This document shows, one piece after another, positions 54,128 to 64,000 of a stretch of DNA of 64,000 nucleotides. Below the pieces are notes generated by a model. That model ran no database searches. It saw only the letters and a list, made by a program, of their open reading frames with translations, and was not told where the DNA came from. The stretch is from Callorhinchus milii (lineage: Eukaryota): contig NW_024704742.1 of the NCBI RefSeq assembly GCF_018977255.1, forward strand, positions 15,254,001 through 15,318,000, in the 5' to 3' direction. Position numbers and translations under genes: made by a program. Each line of letters starts with the position of its first letter. The first letter of the stretch is position 1.

Positions 54128-55402
54128 GGTCGACCACGCTATCCTACTCCACCGCTTGTCCTCCCACCTCAACCTTCAAGGCACTGTCCTTGAATGGTTT
54201 AGCTCTTACCTTTCCCACCGTCTTCACTTCGTCTCAACGAATGGCTTCTCCTCCACCCCCCGTACTGTCTCATGTGGTGTCCCTCAGGGCTCTGTCCTCG
54301 GTCCCCTCCTCTTCACCCTCTATATGCTCCCCCTCGGTGACATCATCCGCAAACATGGGGTTAACTTCCACATGTATGCGGATGACACCCAACTCTACCT
54401 TTCCTCCTCTACTCTCAACTCCATGACCACCGATGTCCTGACAGCTGCCTGTCCGACATCGAGTCCTGGACGAGAGACAACTTTCTTCAGCTCAACGTGC
54501 GAAAAACCGAGGCCCTCCTGATTGGCTCACGTCAGCGCCTCCGCACCTCAGGCGCTGACACCATCAGCATCCAAGGCTGCACTCTCCACCTCTCAAAGCC
54601 AGTCAGGAACCTCGGCGTTTTGTTCGACCCTGAGCTGTCCTTTCTCCCTCACATCCGCACCACAACAGGCACCGCCTTCCATCACCTCCGGAATATCGCC
54701 AGATTACGGCACTACCTCACCCCTCACGCTGCTGAAACCCTGGTTCACGCCTTTGTCACCTCAAGGCTGGACTATGGGAACTCTCTCCTCGCCGGCCTTC
54801 CCGGCACCTCCCTCCACAAGCTGCAGGTCATTCAGAACTCTGCAGCTCGTGTACTGTCCCGCACCAGGCTTCGGGACCACATCACTCCCACCCTCGCTCG
54901 CCTCCACTGGCTCCCCATCCCCCAGAGGATTGATTTCAAGATCCTCATCCTCACCTACAAGGCCATTCACGGCCTTGCTCCCTCCTACCTCTCCAACCTA
55001 CTATCCCCCACCTACCTGCCCGTACCCTCCGTTCCTCTGGCTCCGGTCTGCTCCACGTCCCCCGCCCCAACCGCCCTACTATCGGTGGTCGGGCCTTCAG
55101 CCTCTCAGCCCCGAGGCTCTGGAACTCCATCCCCCAGTGCCTTCGCCTCGCTTCCTCCCTTTCCTCCTTCAAGGCCGGTCTCAAAACCTTTCTCTTTGAC
55201 CGTGCCTTCAGCTCCCCTCTCGACTCTCTTCCTCCTCCTCGCTCCCTCCCTTCCCTCCCCTCACCCTGACCATTTCCCCCCTCCTCTCTCCCTCCCTTCC
55301 CTCCCCTCACCCTGACCATTTCCCCCCTGCTCGGGTCATGACCCAACTGTGCAGCGCCTTGGGACGTCCTCCTGACGTGAAAGGCGCTCTATAAATGGAA
55401 TC

Positions 55403-55436
<34 letters not shown>
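54128..55436 (+). mobile_element. Young 5'-truncated L2-clade LINE (RT C-terminal half, 3' UTR, (GTT)n tail) with two frameshifts
   Basis: ORFs 54108-54521 and 54497-55315 contain [48 protein letters not shown]; ends in a stem-loop plus (GTT)n. Confidence 0.95.
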
Positions 55437-55959
55437 ATCTCCCATGCCTACATCTAAGAGTATCTGAAAGTGCGTAATGGAAACTTAGAGTAAAACAAAG
55501 AAAGTTGTTCAAAATAAACCTGAAATAACCACTATAAATTTACTAGGAAGTTTTACTTCAGTGTTTCTGTGAATGATAAAACCTTCATTGGATTAAAATA
55601 TCTGGAAATTAAAATAGCTGCAAATATTTTTTGATCGCAGTTGCACCACTTTCACTGGGCAATGACTTGATATCCAATCAAAATTTAAAAAAACAGGATA
55701 GATAATGACAGTGACATTCTACTGTCTTTTGGGATAACTTCTGTGTTCAGAATCAAATGGATTTTAATCCAGATATTAGATTTTGTTGATGTCATTTTTT
55801 TTGCAACTGAAGGGTGACACCTCCTTAATCACTCATGGATATAGACAGCTCCAGTCACCTTCTGAGCATGCAAAAATTATACACTGGCTCACACTAGGGC
55901 ATTTCAAAAGGCACAACATGCACAATATTGAACAGTGATAAATTCAGAAGTAAAAACTT

Positions 55960-56575
55960 ACATTTCAGAAGCAGAGAACAAATATATGTTGAGTTGTAAA
56001 ATATTAAAAGGAGTGGAAGCGCAAAGGGACTTGGGGATTAATGTACATAAATCCTTAAAAGTGGGAAGGCGGGTGGACAAATCTATCAAAAAAGATTATG
56101 GAATTATAAGTTTTATAAATAGGGGATATAGAATATAAAAGAAGTAATGCTAAACTTATATAAAATCGCTAGAACTCAGATAGAATATTGTGTCCAGTAT
56201 TGGCCACTCCACTTTAGATAAGACATCAAAATGATAGAGGGAGTACAGAGTAGATTTACTGGGATGTTACTGGGTATGAGTGGTTTGGCCTATGAGCGGA
56301 GACTGGAAGAGCTGGGATTTTTCTGTTGGAACAAAGAAGGCTGAGGGGTGACCTGATGAAGGATTCTAAAATTATGAGGGGTTTGATAGAGTCATAGGGA
56401 GAAGGCATTTCCACTGGTTGGTGAGTCAGTAACTACAGGGCATCAATTTAACATCGTAAATGTTACAGGAAAAGGGCAGATAAATAGGACTGAAAGGATT
56501 GCTCTTGAGGGAGTCAGCACAGACAAGATGGGCTGAATGGCCATCATCTATGCTGTAAATTTCTATGATTCTAAG
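55960..56575 (+). mobile_element. CR1 LINE 3' fragment
   Basis: QRDLGINVHKSLKV, EYCVQYW.P, LRGDL remnants; tail gatgggctgaatggcc...ttctatgattct. Confidence 0.88.
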
Positions 56576-59500
56576 GTTCTATAACTGCAAGTAAACTACC
56601 CACATGTCTGATATCATAAGAAATGTTCCCTGTTGCCCTCACACATGGCAAAGAAAATGGATACAAGTTCACAGAACATATGTCTTCCTTAGAGCCAAAA
56701 ATTGGACGTCCTTTGGCCAAATATAATTATATATAAACTGATCAAAATTGATATAATAATAATCCTTGTATTTGGTATCATCCCTTTCAAGTTGGTAGAA
56801 TATGTCAAAACACTTCACAGATTTACTGTGAAGTGTAGTGACTGAGAACTTTATAGGTGAATGTGGCAGCCAATTTATATATAGCAATATCCCACAAACA
56901 GCGGATATATGATTTAATCTGTATCATTTATTGAATGGATTTCTTTCAAGAGTCCTAAGGAGATGGAATTTGAAAAGCTCTGGTTTCTAATTGGGCTTTG
57001 CATTACTCCATAACCTTTCTGCTTGGCTGAGAACCAGTGAATAAGCGCTGACATAACATTTCTCCAAACATTACATAGTTCTGCAACAGAAATGCTGCAA
57101 CTATGGCCAAGAGGCTGCAGCTAAGACTATATTCAATCATTTTATTTCAGAGAGCATTGTACAAACTCGCACTGAATCTAATTATAACAATGAACACAAT
57201 AGTGTGTTCATCCCTCAGAACATCAGAGTCAATTTCTGCAAGTCTTCAACTCATGTGCCAACAACATTTTGCAATAAGTTAATTAATATCCACAATAAAC
57301 CCAAAGCTTCTCATTCATTGTTGCCAAATTTCATCTTTGTAAAAAAAGAACTTTCATTGCTATTGCCTGAAAAATGGTCTTCATCCATTAAATACAAGTC
57401 CCACTGTGAAATTAGCCAAACCTACAATTAGTAGATCTCCTGCTCCTATAGGTAGGTTCAGTGGAGTTAATTGCACAGAGGTATTAATTTTCCATGAATT
57501 AGCATCTCAATTTAACGTTAAATGCACAAACTCTCTGTCAGCAAACCAATAATGAAGTGGAAGCTATCAGTAAGCAAATCAATAGAACACTATTCAAATA
57601 AAGTGTAAAACAAATGTAACCATATTTGTATGTCACAACAGTGCTTTTAGTCACTTCTCAGCTGCCTTAGGAACATACGAGGCATTTAGCACACTAATTT
57701 AATAAATGAGCAGGATGGAATGCAAAAACTGGTTAAATATTTTGCACTCGTGTCCCAGGAGTGAAACAGGAACTTTTAACATACAGTGATAATACAAACC
57801 TGCACATAAGAGGCAAAGACCCCGTTTTCATTGACATGCATGTCAAGTGGACCCTGAATTATCTGAACTGCAGCAGAGAGATTACGGGAATATGGGAGAG
57901 TTAATTTGTTTAGCAACTGAAGCAAGGAGAATGGTGTGAAGCCCAGTCTAAAACGCTGTGATTCAGAAAACTGGAAGTCGTATATTCAGACGTCTACTGT
58001 ATTTGCCTGCACTGCATACAGTGCTGGATCAGTTCTCAAAGAGTCCTGAAACAGTATATCAACAAAACATACAGCTACAATGTTTTGCAAGTCATCAGCA
58101 GATTAAAGGTTAATTGTGTTGTAGATAAAGTATCTTTGATGAAACAGAAGTTCAATTTTACTTCCTTAATGGCTTCCAAGATGCTCATGGCTAAATGTTT
58201 CAGACTGCTATAAAAATTCTGTAAGAAGCGCAGTTTACAAGCTACGAAGGTCAACATCAAATCCATAGAAAATTAATCCACCAAAAGCCTCTTATAAAAC
58301 ATGCATCAGCTTTTCTGTCATGCTCCAATTTAGGAAAAGATCTAATGTTATACAAAGCTGTAACATCCTCTCATACTAAGAATAGAGTACATTACAGGCA
58401 ACGATTAGTGCTGTTGGAATACTTTGCATCAGGACAACTAAGAGAAAGATTTTAATGGGGGTAAATTATTTATAAATATCATCTTCTCTATTCCAGTCTA
58501 TGACAAGCAAAAGATTACTCTGAGCAACACATCTACCTGCTATACGTTTCAAGCTTTTTTTTTCCTGCAGCTTTTTAGGTTCCTTAGATTAAAGAGACAT
58601 TGTCAACTGGGGAGGTGACTTGTAAAATATTTTACTGGTTTTGAAACAGAAATGACAGCTATGGTTATACTTCCACATCACTGTATCAATTCTAAAATAT
58701 CTTAAATCTATATGAAACCAAACTAAAAAAACAAGGCAACTCAAATATCAATGGACAATAGCTCACTCCATTACAGCAACACCAGGTGTAGTACTGCTTT
58801 GCTTACAGCAGTGGTGCCCTGAACCTGAAGCCTGGTGCACCCAGTTTCCAGCTCTGACAAGCCACATCCCATGACAAAAAAACAACAGACGTTGAGTCAT
58901 CGGGTCACTGCCGATATCACTTCCTGCACAAGAAGCACTGCTAATGTTATATCCTGTGCAATGTGCAAGCAGTGCCATCAATGGCAGTCTGGCAGACCTT
59001 TTTCTTTAGTCTTTGCTTATAATATGGCCTCTAAGGTATTGGATCCAGAGGACTGAAACAAAATGAGATTCTCCCAACACTAGGTTTCTGTATCTGCATA
59101 AAATTTCCCAGCAGCTAACATGGTGGAATAGAGTGAGCATTTTCAGAAGAGACTGTTCCAAGAATTCAGCCACCTCCCAAACTTCCCAATCCAATGTCCA
59201 AGTGCCTATAACAATCTCAATTCAGAGTAATCTGAGGCTGCATCTAAGTTCTGGGATCAACCAGCAACTGTGGAAAAGGTCAATCCTAAACAGGCACAAT
59301 TCAGACAGCACTTTAGCACCAAATTAAACTGGTCCTAGTAGCATTAGAAAATGTTTAAACAAAAATAAATGTTATTCCACAACTACTGAAGTATATACAG
59401 CAGTTAAAACTTTTTATCAATTTTGATTGCTTTGGGACCTGCTTCTAAATTAATCAATAACTATAACATGCATTTATAAAGAGCTCTTCACACAGGTTAG

Positions 59501-59901
59501 CATCTATGAGCGCAGCAGCACGGTCTGAGCAAAGGAGAAGGTGACCATAGGCGTGGTGAGAGAAGTAGGTCTTAAAGTGAGATTTACAACAACAACTTAC
59601 ACTTATGTAACACCCTTCACTTGGGGTAGCATCTCGGTGCACTTACATGAAGATAGATTTAAAGATAAATAATATAAGGAATAGCAAAGTGGTGAGGCTC
59701 CTCTCAAAAGTCTTTCTCTATTTGTCCAGAGGCAGCACTACCTTCTGTGACCTGGATGCCAAGTGGCCCATCTGATCTTGCAGCCCAAGTTCAGCCAGCA
59801 ATGATGTTTCCATGCTGCAGGTCCGTACAGATCCTCTCCAGTGTTTGAGAAGATCTGGTTGCACAAAATAAAATGGTGATTCGTTACTTAAGCTTTTATT
59901 A

Positions 59902-59948
59902 GTTAGTTGCTGGGGGTGCAGTGGCTGTTAGTTGCTGGGGGTGCAGTG
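59902..59948. repeat. Perfect 22-bp direct repeat (25-bp period)
   Basis: gttagttgctgggggtgcagtg occurs twice. Confidence 0.95.
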
Positions 59949-60907
59949 AAATCCCGCTGTAATGTAAGCCGGGCTGCTTCTATATCAAGCAACTCCACCA
60001 CATAAATGTAAATGCGAGTGTTTGCACATCTCCTGTTCCTTAAAAAGTACAAATGGATTCCCCCCCAGTCTATGGTATTCGAGGGCAACCTCTGTCTAGG
60101 TTTCTCCTGGCCACACATCAACTGCAGCAAAGAGGGAAAAGTGGGTGGCCTGAGTCAATGACACTCTGAACCGGCTGCTGGGACATAAAAATTTAAGAGA
60201 AAGAAAAGCAAACAGACAAGAAAGATAAAAAGAATACCAAAAAAAAAGCTGTAAAACTACAGCATTCCATGGATTCAACTGTTCCTGCTTCTCTCTGGGG
60301 CTTTCACTCCTCCAGAAGCAGCTTCTTTATGGCCCTCTGTTCTCACTTTGTCACTTGTACAGCAGCAAGCAGAGAAACAAGGAACTGTCTGAAGAGAGGG
60401 AAAACAAGCAGAAACAAACTCCTCTTTGTTTTCCGTTTTCTATGCCCTTTTCACTCTTCTGTATATCTCCAGTTCATTTCTAACTTCCATATCCGACTAA
60501 ATCTTCTATTACTTTCAGACTTTGTGTCCGTTTCTATACAGACTCCTCCAGGACTGTGTTTTCTTTTGTAATTAACAGAAGGCAGCGTTGAAAGCAACTG
60601 GTCAAATGATCTCAATCCAAACTCTCGCCCGGCCCATGTCTGCCTCTGCTCCCACACAGTCTCTTGTGACTGGAAGTAAGTGGTGCAAGCAGCGGAGCTA
60701 TGATTTAAACAAATGACCATTCAGCTGCCACTATAGCTGCCCAGTGGAAACAAGAGAAGTGCAGCAAATTCCACTTAACAAGTACCATCAATTCTGCACC
60801 ACGATGCAAGCACTTGTCATACTACTGCGGGAAATGGCTGTCTCACTGTAACTTTATATTTATCCGAGGGAGGGAGCTCTCAGATAAATTCAAAACAAAA
60901 TCCAAAA

Positions 60908-62345
60908 TAAACAACTTGAACTTATATAGCACCCTCCACGCAAGGTAGTGCCTCAGAGCGCTTAACAGGTAACAGCCTGAAACCGAGCCAGGGGAGCAGA
61001 GGTGGCCATAAGCACAGTCAAAGAAGAAGGTTTTCAGGCGTGACTTGAAAATGGGGAGGAGGCAAGGCAGAGGGATTGAGGAGGTTTTGGGGCATAGTCG
61101 CTAAAAGCAAGACCTCCGATGGTGGGGCGGAGGGTACAAGGGACAAGCAGGAGGCTGGTGCCAGTTGATCGGAGGTGTCAAGCGGTGGATTGGGGAGTGA
61201 GGAGGTGGGAGAGGTAGGGAGATGCCATGGAATGAATGGATTTGAACACAAGTGTGAGGATCTTGAAGTTGAGCCATTTGGTGATGGGGAGCCTGGCCAG
61301 AATTGGTGACATGGGGCATGGAATTTGGTCCGGGTGAGTATGCAGGGAGCAGACTTCTGAATGTGCTGGCTTTTTTGAATAGTGGAGCTGGGGAGACCGG
61401 CGAGGTGTGCATTTGATTAATTCAGGCGGGAGGTGACAAACGCATGCACGAGGGTTTCGGCTGCATTTCAGGTAAGGTACGGTCGGAGGCGGGCAATGTG
61501 GCGGAGGTGGAGGAAGGCAGTCCTGGTCGGAGACCGGATGTGGGGGAGGAAGGACAGTTGGGGGTCAAATCAGACACCTAGATTGCGCACTGGTTTGAGG
61601 GAGAGCCCGGGGAGGTTGATGAGTTTGGATCCACAGGAGTGAAGACGTTGATGGGAGCCAAAGAGTGTGGCTTCCATCTTGTCCACATTCAACTGCAGGA
61701 GGTTTGCACTCATCCAGGCCCTGATGTCTGCCAGACAAGTTGATAGAACATTGGGGATCTGGAGTCGATGTTGGAGGAGGCAAAGTAGATTTGTGTGTCA
61801 TCCGCATACATGTGGAAGTTTACCCCGTGTCTGCGGATAACATCACCCAGAGGGAGCATATAGATGAAGAATAGAAGAGGGCCAAGATGGAGCCCTGGGG
61901 TACACCACAGATGACCAAGTGGGGGTAGGTGGAGAAACCATTTGCTGAGATGAAGTGTAGGCGGTTAGTTAAGTAGGACTAGAACCATGTGAGTGCGGTC
62001 CCACTAAGGTGGATGAGGGAGGAGAGGCAGTGGAGGAGGATGGTGTGTCGAACGCGGAAGAGAGATCCAGGACAACGAGAAGGCAGAGGGAGCCCTGGTC
62101 ACAGATAGAGAGGACGTTGTTTGGGACTTTGGCAAGTGCTGTCTCTGTGCTGTGGGCAGGCAAAAATCAGACTGCAGGGTTGGAGGGAGAGGTGTGACCG
62201 AAGTTGACCTGCAACAATGTATTCCAGGACTTTAGCAAGGAAGGGTAGGTTGGAAATCGGACAGTGGTGTGAGAGGTTAGAGGGATCGAAGGTGGGTTTT
62301 TTGAGAGGGGTGTGGTAATAGCGAATTCAGGAGGAGTGGAACTGA
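60908..62345 (-). mobile_element. Older degenerate L2 LINE fragment (about 1.4 kb)
   Basis: HSTETALAKV and LDLSSAFDT motifs; tcatccgcatacatgtggaag encodes FHMYADD on the minus strand; L2 tail at the left end. Confidence 0.88.
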
Positions 62346-62424
62346 GGAGAAAAACGCTTCAGTTGGGACCGTGCTTGTGAAACACTGTTCTCACTATAGC
62401 ATCATGGGAATTGATTCTTACCAA

Positions 62425-63650
62425 TAATAACTTGCATCTTTCACATAGTGCATCTTTCACATCTTTCACATAGTGCATGTCTGGAAGCATTTCACAGAAA
62501 GGGTGCTAGACGTTGCTCAAGGAGGAACAGGAGGGAGAAGTAGGCAAAGGAGGGAAGTTGGCCTGATCGAAGAGATGGGTGTCTAGTAGATTTTTAAAGC
62601 AGATAGAGAGGGGGTGAGACAGAGGGATTTAGGGAGGGAGCTCTAGGAAGTAGGAGCATGACAGCTGAAGGCTGAGCAGCCAACAATAGGCCGGATGGGG
62701 TGAGGAACGTGCAGCAGACACAAGTTTCCTAAACATAGGTGAGCAGGCAAATGAGGCTGAATAAGATCACAAATATAGGGAGGGGTGAGGGTGTGTAACT
62801 TTGGGATTATTCTCCACTTGTTGGTAAATTTACTGATCGGTGATTATAAGTTGATCATCAAATCGTTTTTTACTGTGAGCAAATGTGACTAAGGTTTGTT
62901 TATCCATTGGCGGGTGGACTTTCAACTATTCTGCCCCCGAATTCTGGAACTCCATCCTGGAGTCCCTTCGACTCACTACTTCCTTCCCTCCCTTCGTTCA
63001 AGGTATGTTTCAAAACATACCTCTTTCACCGTGCTTTGAGTCTTCTTTTCCCTCCCTACCACCTTCAGCTCCAAACCCAGTTTAGGTACCCATTCAGCAT
63101 TGTCAAACACATCGAGACATCCTCCTTCGTGAAAGGTGCTTTATAAATGTAAGCTGTATAGTATTATCTCCACATCACTTGAAATTGTGCAAATGCTGCA
63201 AGAACTTATCATCCGAGTCACTTCATTAATCACAGATGGACTTTTACTGAGAACAAATATAGCAACACTGGAATCACAGACAAACCTGGCAGTGATCTTT
63301 GCAACAAAATGAAATAAGGCAATGGGGGTGGGGAGGGAAAAGATGACTGAAAGTGCAGTCAAAGAGATACGTTTTGAAACTTGCCTTGAATGAGGGGAGG
63401 CAGTTGGAGGGTATCCAGGATGGAGTTCCAGAATTCCACAATATACCTGGTACTGACATTTCTCAAAACATCATTGCTCCCTTTGGAGACTGATTCCCTT
63501 CCTCAACTCGTTCAAGCTCTGTCTCATGCCCCCCTCTTTGACTCACTTTCGGTCATCTTTCTCCTCCCCACCTCTCTCAGCAGTCACGCCCAACTTGGGT
63601 GCCAAGCCTGTATTGCAAAGCCCCTTGGGACATTCTCCTGGAGTGAACAG
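62425..63650. mobile_element. Cluster of old L2 3' fragments in both orientations
   Basis: IGGWTFNYSAPEFWNSI and FKTYLFH motifs (62900-63155 +); reverse copies at about 62425-62790 and 63320-63440. Confidence 0.7.
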
Positions 63651-64000
63651 CACTGTATAACTGTACATTTGTACTGTTGTAAAATGTAGGTCAAATACAA
63701 AAAAGCTAGGAATGTTTTCACAAAGTTGTGGCCTGAAATTATAAACATGTAAAATATACTAAAATAAAATCCTAAAAGGTACAAATTGAACATCTTGCAT
63801 CACAATGGGCTTCCAACAATACAGATTATTTTAACATTCTGCCTTTTGGTTCCATCAAAGAGATCCAGCTGAGATCCCGCTGAGATGAGAATTTTGCTTT
63901 GGGTTTGGGTTGTTACATGGAGCCTGACTTTGTTTCTTGATCCCTTAAGGATTATGCAGTGCTGTTACAGAATGTATATTACATGCATTAGTGTGGTCAG

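Noticed and set aside
54108..55315. An intact or domesticated reverse transcriptase, or a retron-like system
   Set aside because: 5'-truncated L2 with frameshifts near 54444 and 55010 and no endonuclease domain.
62433..62480. Short tandem duplications here and at about 49405-49430 and 50631-50700
   Set aside because: Ordinary slippage products with no sign of function.

Overview
Vertebrate genomic DNA, inferred from its repeat content to be a cartilaginous fish (possibly a holocephalan; taxonomy not verified). The window appears to lie entirely inside one minus-strand gene, PRDM5. Three C2H2 zinc-finger exons are visible with canonical GT-AG sites: 39712-39619 (94 nt), 37612-37452 (161 nt) and 15461-15368 (94 nt). 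As I recall the human gene, these match exons 11-13 in size and peptide; I did not find the flanking exons. The remainder is intron, dense in retroposons: young and old L2-clade LINE 3' fragments, CR1 fragments, two tRNA-derived SINE families sharing the L2 3' stem-loop (one with a Deu-domain-like core), Penelope-like remnants (GIY-YIG fragment, hammerhead-ribozyme-like cores), palindromic MITEs and an unidentified A-tailed repeat with about 7 copies. Best leads: hammerhead motifs in the Penelope repeats, a decayed 90-bp duplicate of a PRDM5 exon end with its own donor, near-identical inverted L2 copies bracketing a 255-nt in-frame exon pair, and a templated scar at an L2 5' junction. No convincing novel protein-coding system was found; most listed ORFs are chance or repeat-derived. 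Repeat boundaries were read by eye and are approximate.
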